Source: Hyphomicrobiales bacterium (GTDB lineage Bacteria; Pseudomonadota; Alphaproteobacteria; Rhizobiales; NORP267). Taken from it: a stretch of DNA of 64,000 bases. Location of the stretch: contig JAUYJB010000177.1 of NCBI GenBank assembly GCA_030688605.1, positions 11,525 through 75,524 of the forward strand, written 5' to 3'. Shown one piece after another: positions 27,802 through 38,082 of the stretch (the stretch's first letter is position 1; each line of letters opens with the position of its first letter). Made by a program: the position numbers and the translations under genes. The notes below the pieces were generated by a model. The model searched no databases, had not been told where the DNA came from, and worked only from the letters and a program-made list of their open reading frames with translations.

Positions 27802-30546
27802 TTGGTTCGTGAACGCGATTTGAATGTCGACTGGCTTTTGGCAGCGTATCCGGACCTGGCGCGCATGACGGGCAATCGCAAGGCACTATTCGATCTCGTG
27901 ACGGGCCCGGAGCTGGGGAAAGGACGCTTTTCTGCGACCCCGCTATGGTTGTGGGACCCGGCAAGTGGACGCCCGGTGTGGGCGAACGGCGCGGCACTTC
28001 GATTGTGGCGGGCGCAGGATTTCGCTGAATTCGTGGAACGCGCCGATCCGGCCCGGCAACCGGGTCTTTCCCAACTTTGCAAGACCGCCCAAAGCCTGGC
28101 TTTCGCAAGCCGCCGGGTGGAGCGAATCAGGCTGTATGAGACCGGCCAATCCGTGAATCTGACCTGCGGCTGCGCATGGCTGCGGGCTGGTCCGGCGGAT
28201 TATCTTTCGGTGACCGTGCTCGACCGGGCCGCGGCGGCGGCACCGCCGCAGGAGGACGATCCGAGCGATCTGCCGCGGCGCCTGCTTGCCGGGCTTGACG
28301 CTCCGGCATTCGCGCTTGGCGAAGACGGCAAGGTCCTGTTCGCCAATTCGACGGCCGGAGACATGTTCTTCAAGAACGACGGGGACGGCGAGGAGGCCGC
28401 GGTTCCGTCCGGCCTGGCCGAGCTCGCGCAACACGCCTTGGCCGAGGGCCGATGTCGCGGCCGGGTCGATCATGGCGACACGGGGGTAACCGTCACCGCG
28501 GTGCGGGTCGACCCGGAGGGATTCGGCGCGCCTTTTGTCGCGGTGCAACCGCGCGATCCGGCGGAAGCGGACGAACGCGACGCGGCAGCCGATGCCGAGC
28601 CTGATCCGGCCCGGAGCCGGGGTTCGGGCCCCGCGCCGCGGCCGGCGGCCGACGAGCCGGGCGACGAGGCCGCCTTTACCGAGGTCATCTTCAAACCGGA
28701 CTGGGACCAGCATTCGCCGGCTCGGGAGAAAGCCTCCGGTCCTGCAATAGCGGCAAGCGAGAAGGCCGTCGAAAGCCTTGATAAACAGGACAATATTCTG
28801 CCGTTCCACATGGCGTTTTCGCTCGGCATGTCGCCGCCGAACCCGGCGCAAAGGTCGGGGCTGGAAATCCATGAACGCGACGCCTTCAAGGCCCTTGCAA
28901 GGGCGCTCGGCGCGCGCATGGAGGGCGAGGAAGAGAATGAAGCCGAGCCCAATCTCGCGCCGGCTTCCGCCACCGGCTCGTCTGCCACGTCGGTCGGCTC
29001 CGATCCCGACACCGTTTCCGATCGCCCGCCGGCCTCGTTCGGCGAGCAGGAAGTCGAAGCCGTGCTCGCGCACCTGCCGGTCGGGCTTCTCATCTATCGC
29101 CACGCCGTGCCGCTTTACGCCAACCGCGCCTTTCTCAACCTGTTCGGCTGCGCCAATTTCGCCGAGCTGGAAAATCTGGGCGATGTCATGGACTTGCTGC
29201 CCAAGATCAAGAGCGAGCCCGGCGGCACCGAATTGCGCCCCGACGGTGACGGCGAACAGCCCCTGACGACGCTGGTTGCCTATGACCGCGCGGGGCACGC
29301 GATCGCGGTGATGGCTCGATTGCAGGCGGTGCGTTGGGCCGGCGAGCCGGCGATCCTGCTGAGCGTCCGGCCGGCGCAAGCGGCAGACGAGTCGCAGCCG
29401 GCGCTTCCGGCGCCGGCGGAAGGCCTGTTCACGCCTTTGGAGCTTGCAAACATCGTCAATCTATCGAGCGATGGTATCGTCATCATCGGCGAGGATGGCT
29501 GCATCGCCGCTCTCAGTGACCGGGCCGGCGCGCTGCTGCGCGGGCGTGCCCTGGACGTCGTGGGCAGGCCCTTCGACAGCTTGTTCACCGGCGACAGCCG
29601 CACCGTCGTTGCCGACTATCTCGACGGCTTGAGATATCACGGCATTGCCGGCGTACTCGGCGACGGCCGCAAGGTGCAGGCCAAGCTTCCGAATGGTGCC
29701 GAGTTGCCGCTTTATCTGACCATGGGCGAGTTGGGCGCGGACGGCGCGCGCCGCTTCTGTGCGCTGCTGCGCGACCTCAGCCAATGGACGCGCGCGGAAA
29801 CCGAGCTTGTTCGCGCCCGCATCGCGGCGGAAACGGCAACGGCCCACAAATCCGACCTGCTCGCCCGCATCAGCCACGAAATGCGCACGCCACTCAACTC
29901 TATCATCGGTTTCTCCGAGGTCATGTTGGAAGGCCGGCTCGACAATATGGGCAGCGCCCGCTATCGCGACTATGTGCGCGACATCCATACCAGCGGCACC
30001 TATCTGCTCGGGCTCGTCAACGATCTTCTGGACCTTTCCAAGGTCGAGGCCGGCAAGCTCGAGCTGAACTTCACCCGGCTTGACGTCAACGAGTTGGCGC
30101 TGCAATGCGTGCGGCTCATGCTGCCGGAGGCGAACCAGGGCCGGGTCATCGTGCGCTCGAGTCTGGCCCGTAGTCTGCCGGCGGTGGTCGCCGACCACCG
30201 CAGCCTGCGCCAGATCCTCCTCAACCTGCTGTCGAACGCCGTCAAGTTCACCCTTCCCGGCGGCCAGGTGGTGCTGTCGACCTCGCTCAGTAATGAGGGC
30301 GAGGTGCAGATCCGGGTTCGCGACACCGGCGTGGGTATGGAAGAAAAGGATATCGCGCTGGCCCTGGAGCCGTTTCGCCAAGTCGCCCCCCCGGCCGATC
30401 CGCGCAAGGCCGGAACCGGGCTCGGCCTGCCGCTGACCAAGGCACTGGCGGAGGTCAACCGCGCGCGTTTCCGCATCGAGAGCGCCATCGGCGAAGGCAC
30501 GCTGACCGAAATCACCTTTCCCTCCCAGCGCGTGCTGGCGGAGTAG
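27802..30546 (+). CDS. large soluble PAS-domain sensor histidine kinase, PleC/DivJ/PdhS-like transmitter
   Basis: ORF 27802..30546, with a TTG start in the track (the true start is uncertain). H-box SHEMRTPLNSIIGFSEVM, N-box LLNLLSNAVKF, G1 DTGVGM, G2 GTGLGLPL. No hydrophobic TM segment visible. Long acidic and proline-rich linkers. Confidence 0.85.
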   Translation: MVRERDLNVDWLLAAYPDLARMTGNRKALFDLVTGPELGKGRFSATPLWLWDPASGRPVWANGAALRLWRAQDFAEFVERADPARQPGLSQLCKTAQSLAFASRRVERIRLYETGQSVNLTCGCAWLRAGPADYLSVTVLDRAAAAAPPQEDDPSDLPRRLLAGLDAPAFALGEDGKVLFANSTAGDMFFKNDGDGEEAAVPSGLAELAQHALAEGRCRGRVDHGDTGVTVTAVRVDPEGFGAPFVAVQPRDPAEADERDAAADAEPDPARSRGSGPAPRPAADEPGDEAAFTEVIFKPDWDQHSPAREKASGPAIAASEKAVESLDKQDNILPFHMAFSLGMSPPNPAQRSGLEIHERDAFKALARALGARMEGEEENEAEPNLAPASATGSSATSVGSDPDTVSDRPPASFGEQEVEAVLAHLPVGLLIYRHAVPLYANRAFLNLFGCANFAELENLGDVMDLLPKIKSEPGGTELRPDGDGEQPLTTLVAYDRAGHAIAVMARLQAVRWAGEPAILLSVRPAQAADESQPALPAPAEGLFTPLELANIVNLSSDGIVIIGEDGCIAALSDRAGALLRGRALDVVGRPFDSLFTGDSRTVVADYLDGLRYHGIAGVLGDGRKVQAKLPNGAELPLYLTMGELGADGARRFCALLRDLSQWTRAETELVRARIAAETATAHKSDLLARISHEMRTPLNSIIGFSEVMLEGRLDNMGSARYRDYVRDIHTSGTYLLGLVNDLLDLSKVEAGKLELNFTRLDVNELALQCVRLMLPEANQGRVIVRSSLARSLPAVVADHRSLRQILLNLLSNAVKFTLPGGQVVLSTSLSNEGEVQIRVRDTGVGMEEKDIALALEPFRQVAPPADPRKAGTGLGLPLTKALAEVNRARFRIESAIGEGTLTEITFPSQRVLAE

Positions 30547-30558
30547 GGCCCTGTCCGC

Positions 30559-31305
30559 CTAAGCCAACTCCAAGATCAGACTGCGTAGCCCTTCCGGCGT
30601 TGCGGCCGAGGGCGCGGCGGGCTTTTCCGGCCGCTCGATCATGATCACCGGCAGGTGCAATTCGCGCGTGGCGGCGAGCTTGGCTTTGGTCGCGTCGCCG
30701 CCGGAGTTCCTGCACACCAGCACATTTGTGCCGTGCTCTCGAAATAGCGCCAGCTCCGCATCGAGGCTGAAGGGCGGCCGGGCCAAGAGAAGATCCACAT
30801 GGGGCGGGAGGGGTATCTGCGGAGGCTCGATCATGCGGGCGAGGATGCGCGTATCGGCGCGCGCAAAGAAGGCCGCAATGTCCCGCTGCCCGACGGTCAC
30901 CAGTGCCCGCGCGCGGGCAGGAATGGCGGCGGCGGCCGCGGCAACGGATTCGACCGGCCGCCAGCGGTCGCCACGGGCACGCCGCCAGGCCGGGCGTTCC
31001 AGGCGCACATAGGCAATGCCCACCTGCCGGCAGGCTTCCGCAGCGTTGCGCGACATGGTGGCGGCGAAGGGATGGGTTGCGTCGGCGACAAGGCTGATCG
31101 CTTCGGCCATGAGATAGGTGGCAAGCCCCTCAGCGCCGCCGAAGCCGCCGCTGCGCCACTCGCCCGCCGGCAGCTCGGGCGCGCTGGTGCGGCCGGCAAG
31201 CGACGTGATGACCTTCAGGTTCTTCTCGACATGCAGCAGCCCGGCGAGCAGCCGCCCCTCGCCGGTGCCGCCGAGGATCAGAATCTTCCTATCCGGCCCG
31301 GCCAA
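30559..31305 (-). CDS. cobK: precorrin-6A / cobalt-precorrin-6A reductase
   Basis: Part of ORF 30559..31497. Proposed TTG start at 31305 preceded by GGGAGGG, overlapping the cbiD end by 17 nt. N-terminal KILILGGTGEGR. Confidence 0.85.
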   Translation of the reverse strand: MAGPDRKILILGGTGEGRLLAGLLHVEKNLKVITSLAGRTSAPELPAGEWRSGGFGGAEGLATYLMAEAISLVADATHPFAATMSRNAAEACRQVGIAYVRLERPAWRRARGDRWRPVESVAAAAAAIPARARALVTVGQRDIAAFFARADTRILARMIEPPQIPLPPHVDLLLARPPFSLDAELALFREHGTNVLVCRNSGGDATKAKLAATRELHLPVIMIERPEKPAAPSAATPEGLRSLILELA

Positions 31306-32383
31306 TGATCGTTCCCTCCCGGTCGACCACGAGGATATCGACGGCAACCGGCGCATTGCCGAGCGCCTTTTTTGCTGTCGCAAGGGCGCGCGCCGCGACC
31401 CGGCCGGCAAGGTCGATATTGGCTGTCGCAGCAAGGGACAGGGTCTCGGCTGCGCTATTTGCCCCGCGAACCGCGCCCACCAGCTCACCTGAACCACCGC
31501 CGTCCGCGACGCGATTCGCCAGCCAATCGAAAGACACTTCGCCGCGGCGCGAATGCAGATCGAGCAGACCCTGGCCGAGCTTGCTCATCTTGGCAAAGCC
31601 TCCAGCGACGGTGACGCGGGCCACGGGATGGGCGCGGACATATTTCAACATGCCGCCGACGAAATCGCCCATGTCGATCAGGGCCGTGTCGTCGAGATGG
31701 TAAAGCCGTCGCACCGCGGCCTCCGAGGTCGACCCGGTGGCCCCCGCGATATGGGTCACGCCGCAGGCGCGGGCCACGTCGATGCCATTGCGGATGGCGT
31801 GGATCCAGGCCGAACAGGAATAGGGATGGACGACGCCGGTGGTGCCGAGGATCGAGATGCCGCCGACGATGCCGAGGCGCGGGTTCCAGGTCTTTTCGGC
31901 GATGCGGGCGCCATCGGGAACGGAAATCTCGATCTCGACATCCAAGCCCGCCCCGTGCGCCGCCGCGACATTGGCGATGACTTCGCGCATCATCCGCCGC
32001 GGCACCGGGTTGATCGCAGGCTCCCCCGGCGGCACCGGCAGACCCGGCTTGGTCACGGTTCCGACGCCCTCTCCGGCGCGAAAGGTGATGCCCGAGCCCG
32101 GCGGGCCGCGCCGCACCAATGCGACGATCAGCGCGCCATGGGTGACGTCCGGGTCGTCGCCGGCGTCCTTGACGATGCCGGCGCGGGCAAAGCCTTCGCC
32201 GCGCTCCTCACAGGCCAGCGCGAAGGCCGGCATTTCGCCCTTTGGCAGACGAATTTGCACCGGGTCCGGGAAACTGCCGGTGATAAGCGCCGTGAAGGCG
32301 GCCTTGGCGGCAGCCGTGGCGCACGCGCCGGTGGTCCAGCCGCGGCGCAGATTATTCGTGCTCTCGTCTCTGGCGGTCCCCAT
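31289..32383 (-). CDS. cbiD: cobalt-precorrin-5B (C1)-methyltransferase CbiD
   Basis: ORF 31289..32383. LRRGWTTGACATAAAKAA N-terminus and GIVGGISILGTTGVVHPYS motif. Confidence 0.92.
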   Translation of the reverse strand: MGTARDESTNNLRRGWTTGACATAAAKAAFTALITGSFPDPVQIRLPKGEMPAFALACEERGEGFARAGIVKDAGDDPDVTHGALIVALVRRGPPGSGITFRAGEGVGTVTKPGLPVPPGEPAINPVPRRMMREVIANVAAAHGAGLDVEIEISVPDGARIAEKTWNPRLGIVGGISILGTTGVVHPYSCSAWIHAIRNGIDVARACGVTHIAGATGSTSEAAVRRLYHLDDTALIDMGDFVGGMLKYVRAHPVARVTVAGGFAKMSKLGQGLLDLHSRRGEVSFDWLANRVADGGGSGELVGAVRGANSAAETLSLAATANIDLAGRVAARALATAKKALGNAPVAVDILVVDREGTIIGRAG

Positions 32384-32436
32384 AATCGGCCTCTATACAT
32401 CGGCCACGGGGACGGCAACAGAAAGCGTGCAGGAGC

Positions 32437-33297
32437 ATGGCCGCGAAAAAACCCAAGCGCAAAGCCGAGAAAGATGCGCCGGCGCACGGTTTTGCCCGTC
32501 TCGATGCGGCCGGATTCCCCGAATTTACGCCGGGCTCAGTGTGGCTCGTCGGCGCGGGACCGGGCGCTCCCGCGCTGATGACCCTGCTCGGCTATTACGC
32601 GCTGCAACGCGCCGACGCCGTCGTTTACGACGCCCTGGTGAACGATGCGATCCTGAATTGGGCGCAGCCAGAGGCGAAAATCGAATATGCCGGCAAACGC
32701 GGCGGCCGGCCATCGGCGAAACAGCGAGACATCTCCTTGCGCCTGATCGAGCTCGCCCAGGACGGCTGCCGCGTGGTTAGGCTGAAAGGCGGGGACCCGC
32801 TGATCTTCGGCCGCGGCGGCGAGGAGTGCCAGATGCTCAGCCAAGCCGGCGTGCCGTTCCGCATCGTTCCGGGCATCACCGCGGGCATCGGCGGGCTGGG
32901 CTATGCCGGCGTCCCCCTGACCCACCGCGAAGTCAACCAGAGCGTCCTGTTCCTGACCGGGCACGACCAGGCAGGCGCCATGCCGAGCCGGGTCGACTGG
33001 CGGGCCGTGGCCACCGCCGCCCCCGTCATCGTCATGTACATGGCGGTCAGGAACATCGCCGCCATCGCCGAACGTCTGATCGGCTTTGGCCGCGCGCGGT
33101 CCGATCCCGTCGCCATCGTATCCAATGCCACGCTGCCGCACCAATCGGTGTTGGAAACCACGCTCGGCGCCATCGGCGAGGGGTCCGAGGTGGCGGACCT
33201 GCCGACGCCGGCCCTTGTCGTCGTCGGCCGGGTCGTGAGCTTGCGGAACACGCTCGATTGGTACGCCGCCGCGCTGCGGGAGAACAACCTTGGCTGA
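32437..33297 (+). CDS. cobA: uroporphyrinogen-III C-methyltransferase (SUMT)
   Basis: ORF 32437..33297. VWLVGAGPGAPALMTL and VRLKGGDPLIFGRGGEE motifs. Confidence 0.92.
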   Translation: MAAKKPKRKAEKDAPAHGFARLDAAGFPEFTPGSVWLVGAGPGAPALMTLLGYYALQRADAVVYDALVNDAILNWAQPEAKIEYAGKRGGRPSAKQRDISLRLIELAQDGCRVVRLKGGDPLIFGRGGEECQMLSQAGVPFRIVPGITAGIGGLGYAGVPLTHREVNQSVLFLTGHDQAGAMPSRVDWRAVATAAPVIVMYMAVRNIAAIAERLIGFGRARSDPVAIVSNATLPHQSVLETTLGAIGEGSEVADLPTPALVVVGRVVSLRNTLDWYAAALRENNLG

Positions 33298-34600
33298 GCC
33301 GCGGGGGGTGATCATCGCAGCGCCCGCCTCCGGCGCGGGAAAGACCCTGGTGACCCTTGCCCTTATCGGCGCTCTGCGCGCGGGCGGCCACCGGGTTGCC
33401 TCGGCCAAGGTCGGGCCGGACTATATCGATCCGCGCTTTCACGCCGCGGCCACGGGTCGGGATTGCGTCAATCTCGACCCTTGGGCGATGCGGCCGGGGC
33501 TCGTCCGGGCGCTTGCCCTGAACGCCGCCACCGCCGCCGATCTCTTGGTCGTCGAGGGGGTGATGGGTCTCTTCGACGGCGCCGAGGATGGGTCCGGCTC
33601 GACGGCCGACCTCGCCTGCCTGCTCGGCCTTCCCGTGCTCCTTACCGTCGATGCCAGGCGCCAGGCGCACTCGGTCGCCGCCCTGGTCAAGGGCTTTGCC
33701 GAATTTCGCGCCGATTGCCGCGTCGCGGGCGTCATCCTCAATCGCGTCGCCAGCGTCCGTCATCGCGCCATATTGGAAACCGCCCTCGACCTGATCGGCG
33801 TTCCCGTCGTCGGCGCCCTCATGGAGGACGCCGGGATGGTGATGCCGTCGCGGCATCTCGGCCTCGTTCAAGCCGAGGAGCACGGGAATCTGGGCGCGCT
33901 CCTTGGCCGCGCTGCAGCCAGCGCGACCGAAGGCATCGATCTTGACCGCTTCGCCGCCCTCGCCGCGCCGCTTCGACTGACGCAAAAGCCCGTTGAACGG
34001 CTTGCGCCTCTTGGCGGGCGCATCGCGATTGCGTCCGACCGCGCCTTTGGCTTTGCCTATCCGCATCTGCTCGATGGCTGGAATGCGGCGGGCGCGGAAC
34101 TTCGAGCCTTCTCGCCGCTCGCCGACGAGGCGCCGGACGCGGATGCCGACGCGGTGTTCCTTCCCGGCGGCTATCCGGAGCTGCATGCAGGACGCATCGC
34201 CCAGAACAAGACCTTTCTCGGCGGCCTACGCAAGGCAGCCGAGCGCGGCGCGCTGATCTATGGCGAGTGCGGCGGCTTCATGGTGCTTGGCGAGGCGCTG
34301 GTCGACGCGGAAGGCGCCGCCCACGCCATGGCCGGGCTGTTGCCCATCGAGACGAGCTTTGCCAGGCGCAAGCTGCATCTCGGCTACCGGCATCTGGAGC
34401 ATGACGGCGCGCTTCTCTGGCCGCGACGGCTTGCCGGCCATGAGTTCCACTATTCGACCATTGCCCGCGAAGAGGCAGCCGAGCCGCTATTCTCCGCCCG
34501 CGACTCCGCCGGCCGCCAGATCGGCACGCTCGGGCTGAAGCGCGGCAGGGTCATGGGGTCCTATGCCCATATCATCGACGCCGCGGAGGAGACGGCATGA
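33290..34600 (+). CDS. cobB: cobyrinate a,c-diamide synthase
   Basis: ORF 33290..34600, with a TTG start overlapping the cobA stop and an alternative GVIIA GTG a few codons later. [11 protein letters not shown]-loop and C-terminal glutaminase CGGFMVLG. Confidence 0.92.
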   Translation: MAEPRGVIIAAPASGAGKTLVTLALIGALRAGGHRVASAKVGPDYIDPRFHAAATGRDCVNLDPWAMRPGLVRALALNAATAADLLVVEGVMGLFDGAEDGSGSTADLACLLGLPVLLTVDARRQAHSVAALVKGFAEFRADCRVAGVILNRVASVRHRAILETALDLIGVPVVGALMEDAGMVMPSRHLGLVQAEEHGNLGALLGRAAASATEGIDLDRFAALAAPLRLTQKPVERLAPLGGRIAIASDRAFGFAYPHLLDGWNAAGAELRAFSPLADEAPDADADAVFLPGGYPELHAGRIAQNKTFLGGLRKAAERGALIYGECGGFMVLGEALVDAEGAAHAMAGLLPIETSFARRKLHLGYRHLEHDGALLWPRRLAGHEFHYSTIAREEAAEPLFSARDSAGRQIGTLGLKRGRVMGSYAHIIDAAEETA

Positions 34601-36078
34601 CGCTTGCTCTGATGCTGCAGGGGACCGGGTCGCACGTCGGCAAGTCGCTGATCGCCGCCGGCCTGTGCCGCGCCTATACGCGGCGGGGTCTGGCCGTGCG
34701 CCCGTTCAAGCCGCAGAACATGTCCAACAATGCTGCTGTCACCGTCGAGGGCGGCGAGATCGGCCGCGCCCAGGCGCTGCAGGCGCGGGCCTGCCGGGTT
34801 GCGCCAAGCGTCGACATGAACCCGGTGCTGCTCAAGCCGGAGACCGACCGCGGCGCCCAGGTGATCGTTCGCGGCGAGCGCGTTGCGACCCTTCAAGCGC
34901 GGCGCTACATGGCCGAGCGTCTGGAATTCCTGCCTGCCGTGCTGAACAGCTTCGCGGCGCTCAGCGCCAAGGCCGACCTGATCATCGTGGAAGGCGCCGG
35001 AAGCCCGGCGGAGATCAATCTGCGCTCACGCGACATCGCCAATATGGGCTTTGCAGCCGCAGCCGGCGTGCCCGTCGTGTTGATTGCCGACATTCATCGC
35101 GGCGGCGTCATCGCCTCGATCGTCGGAACCTTCGAGGTGCTGTCGCCCGACGACCGCATGCGGATCGCCGCCTTCCTCGTCAATAACTTTCACGGCGATC
35201 CGGCATTGTTTGCCGAGGGCATCGATTTTCTCGTCGAGCGGACCGGCTGTCCCTGCGCCGGTGTGGTCCCCCATTTTCCGGCCGCCCGGCAGCTGCCGGC
35301 GGAAGACGCGGTCGCGCTCGAAGACGCCGGCGGCGACGGCAATGGCGCCTTCCACATCGCCGTGCCGCGCTTATCCCGCATCGCCAATTTCGACGATCTC
35401 GACCCGCTGCGGCTCGAACCGGGGGTGCGGCTCACGATCGTCCAGCCGGGCGCGCCCATTCCGGCCGATGCCGATCTCGTCCTGCTGCCGGGCTCGAAAT
35501 CGACCCTCGGCGATCTGAGATATCTGCGCGAGCAGGGCTGGGACATCGACATCCTCGCCCATGCGCGCCGCGGAGGCGCCGTGCTCGGGCTTTGCGGCGG
35601 CTATCAGATGCTTGGCTGCGCGGTGCACGACCCGGACGGCATCGAGGGCGAGGCCGACAGCGTCGAGGGCTTGGGCCTGCTGGATGTGGAGACGGTCCTG
35701 GAGCCGGCGAAGCGGCTCGCAACCGTGAACGGCGTCCATCGGGAGACCGGCGAAGCGCTCGCTGGCTACGAGATGCATCTGGGGCGGACCGAGGGAAACG
35801 ACCGCGCCCGGCCCTTCGCCGTCGTCGCCGGCCATGAGGAAGGCGCAACGTCGGCAAACGGGCGCATCGCCGGCACCTATCTGCATGGCCTCTTCGCCTC
35901 CGATGCGTTCCGCCACGCCTATTTAATGGCCCTTGGCGCAACGGGCTCCGAAACCGCCTATGAGACGCTGATCGAAGAGACGCTTGATGCGCTCGCAGAC
36001 CATCTCGAACAGCATGTCGATCTCGGCCTGCTGCTCCAGATCGCCGGCGGCGAGGCGCGGGCGAGGACCGGGAGCTGA
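34597..36078 (+). CDS. cobQ: cobyric acid synthase
   Basis: ORF 34597..36078. ATGA overlap with cob[11 protein letters not shown]-loop and [10 protein letters not shown] glutaminase motif. Confidence 0.93.
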   Translation: MTLALMLQGTGSHVGKSLIAAGLCRAYTRRGLAVRPFKPQNMSNNAAVTVEGGEIGRAQALQARACRVAPSVDMNPVLLKPETDRGAQVIVRGERVATLQARRYMAERLEFLPAVLNSFAALSAKADLIIVEGAGSPAEINLRSRDIANMGFAAAAGVPVVLIADIHRGGVIASIVGTFEVLSPDDRMRIAAFLVNNFHGDPALFAEGIDFLVERTGCPCAGVVPHFPAARQLPAEDAVALEDAGGDGNGAFHIAVPRLSRIANFDDLDPLRLEPGVRLTIVQPGAPIPADADLVLLPGSKSTLGDLRYLREQGWDIDILAHARRGGAVLGLCGGYQMLGCAVHDPDGIEGEADSVEGLGLLDVETVLEPAKRLATVNGVHRETGEALAGYEMHLGRTEGNDRARPFAVVAGHEEGATSANGRIAGTYLHGLFASDAFRHAYLMALGATGSETAYETLIEETLDALADHLEQHVDLGLLLQIAGGEARARTGS

Positions 36079-36082
36079 CGGA

Positions 36083-37105
36083 ATGAGCAGCGGCGATGCC
36101 CCCGCCCATGGCGGCGACCTCGGCGAGGCGGAGGCGCTGCTGGGAGAGGACGCCGGCGCGGAAGCAAGCTGGATCGACCTTTCCACCGGCATCAATCCGA
36201 GGCCCTATCCCCTGCCCGCACTCGATCCGGAGCTTTGGAGCCGGTTGCCGGCACGCCGCGATCTCGAGGCGCTGATCGAAACCGGACGGGCCTATTACGG
36301 CGCACCGGAAGGCGCGGACATCGTCCCGGCGCCGGGTTCCGAAGCGCTGATCCGCATCCTGCCCGACATTCTTCCGGCGGGCCGGGCCGTCATTGTCGGG
36401 CCGACCTATGGCGAGCATGCGCGCGCCTGGGCGCGGCGCGGCGAAGTGCGCATGGTCGATGAGGCCGAAGCGACGAAGACAGGTGACCTCGTTGTCCTCG
36501 TCAATCCCAACAATCCGGATGGGCGCTTGGTTTCGCCCGAAACGCTTGCCCGAATGGCCAACGCGGCGACCGAGCGCGGCGGCTGGCTCGTCATCGATGA
36601 GGCATTCGCCGATGCGGTGCCGGCCTGCAGCGCGGTTGGCCTTGCCGCAGGCCAAAACGTCGTCGTGCTGCGCTCTTTCGGCAAATTTTTCGGGCTCGCC
36701 GGCCTCAGATTGGGCTTTGCCGTGGCGCCGCCGGCCTTGGCCGCGAAATTGCGCATGCGCCTCGGCCCCTGGCCGGTTTCGGGCCCGGCCATCGCCATCG
36801 CCACGCGCGCCCTTGGCGATCGGAAATGGCAGGCGGCAAGCCGCGAACGGTTCAGCCGTGACGCCACCGCGCTCGACCGGCTCTTGACGCGGGCGGGATT
36901 CGAGATTGTCGGCGGCACGCCGCTGTTCCGGCTTGCCGCGCACGAGGCGGCGGAGGCAATCTTTTTCCGCCTGCTCAGGGCCCGCATCTATGTGCGCTGC
37001 TTCGGCGAAAGGTCGAACCGGCTGCGCTTCGGCCTGCCCGAGGGGCCACGGGCCTTCCAACGGCTGCAAGCCGCTCTCCTCGACCAAGACGGCGGTTTCT
37101 CGTGA
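36083..37105 (+). CDS. cobD: L-threonine-O-3-phosphate decarboxylase (CobD in Salmonella naming, CobC in Pseudomonas denitrificans naming)
   Basis: Part of ORF 35984..37105, ATG at 36083. HGGDL N-terminus, NPNNPDG, and the PLP lysine context SFGKFFGLAGLRLG. Confidence 0.85.
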   Translation: MSSGDAPAHGGDLGEAEALLGEDAGAEASWIDLSTGINPRPYPLPALDPELWSRLPARRDLEALIETGRAYYGAPEGADIVPAPGSEALIRILPDILPAGRAVIVGPTYGEHARAWARRGEVRMVDEAEATKTGDLVVLVNPNNPDGRLVSPETLARMANAATERGGWLVIDEAFADAVPACSAVGLAAGQNVVVLRSFGKFFGLAGLRLGFAVAPPALAAKLRMRLGPWPVSGPAIAIATRALGDRKWQAASRERFSRDATALDRLLTRAGFEIVGGTPLFRLAAHEAAEAIFFRLLRARIYVRCFGERSNRLRFGLPEGPRAFQRLQAALLDQDGGFS

Positions 37106-38082
37106 GCGGTCTCGACTTTTTTGCCGGATCGGCGCTCGTCGCTTTGATCGCCCTCATGGTCGAGCGCTTCTTCGGCTATCCGCAAGACCTGTTTCGCGCG
37201 GTCCGTCATCCTGTCATGTGGACAGGGGCCGTGATCGCCGCGCTGGACCGGCAGTTGAACCGACCCGGCAGCCGCGTCGCCCGGCTGCGTGGGGTGACGG
37301 CCGTCTTCCTTCTGCTCGCGATCACCGCGGCGGTCACGGTACCGCTGGTTCTGTTGTTCCGCAGCCTGCCGTTCGGCGTCCTCGCCGAAGGCGTTATGGC
37401 GGCAAGCCTTCTCGCGCAAAAGGACCTCGGCCACCGCGTCGCCGATGTCGCCGCGGCGCTCGGACAGGGATTGCAGCCTGGCCGCGACGCGGTCGGCCAC
37501 ATCGTCGGGCGCGACACCGGCGCGCTCGACGAGGCCGGCATTGCGAGGGCCGCCGTCGAGAGCCTGGCCGAGAACACCTCCGACGGCATCGTCGCGCCGT
37601 TGTTCTGGCTTTTCCTCGCCGGCCTGCCGGGGGCGGCGCTCCATAAGGCGATCAACACCGCCGACAGCATGATCGGCTACAGGAGCGAGAAATACCGCCG
37701 CTTCGGCTGGGCGGCGGCCCGGCTCGACGATCTCGTCAACTGGCCGGCCGCGCGGCTGACCGGCCTGCTCTTCGCCGCCGCGGCGGCGCTCGGCGGCGGT
37801 AGCGGCAAGGCTGCGCTTGCCGCCATGCGCCGCGATGCGCCGCGCCACGCTTCGCCCAATGCCGGATGGCCGGAGGCCGCCCTTGCCGGCGCGCTCGGCT
37901 TTCGCCTCGGCGGACCGCGCAGCTACGAGGGGCGCTTGGTCGACCACCCCGCGATGGGCGCGGGCCGCAGCGATCTGGACCCGGAGGACATAGGCAAAGC
38001 GCTCGCCCTTTACCGCCGGGCGCTCGATATCCTGGCGGGCGTGACCCTTGCTCTGGCGGTTCTTGCTATCTTGGTTGCTTGA
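37102..38082 (+). CDS. cbiB: adenosylcobinamide-phosphate synthase
   Basis: ORF 37102..38082. GTG start overlaps the preceding stop. Membrane protein with ENTSDGIVAPLFW and NTADSMIGY motifs. Confidence 0.9.
   Translation: MSGLDFFAGSALVALIALMVERFFGYPQDLFRAVRHPVMWTGAVIAALDRQLNRPGSRVARLRGVTAVFLLLAITAAVTVPLVLLFRSLPFGVLAEGVMAASLLAQKDLGHRVADVAAALGQGLQPGRDAVGHIVGRDTGALDEAGIARAAVESLAENTSDGIVAPLFWLFLAGLPGAALHKAINTADSMIGYRSEKYRRFGWAAARLDDLVNWPAARLTGLLFAAAAALGGGSGKAALAAMRRDAPRHASPNAGWPEAALAGALGFRLGGPRSYEGRLVDHPAMGAGRSDLDPEDIGKALALYRRALDILAGVTLALAVLAILVA

Noticed and set aside
32384-32436. Regulatory RNA in the cbiD / cobA divergent spacer
   Set aside because: Only 53 bp are available, with no evident dyad or structured element. 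The apparent SD (AGGAG) sits only 1 nt from the cobA ATG, so even the start assignment is slightly uncertain.
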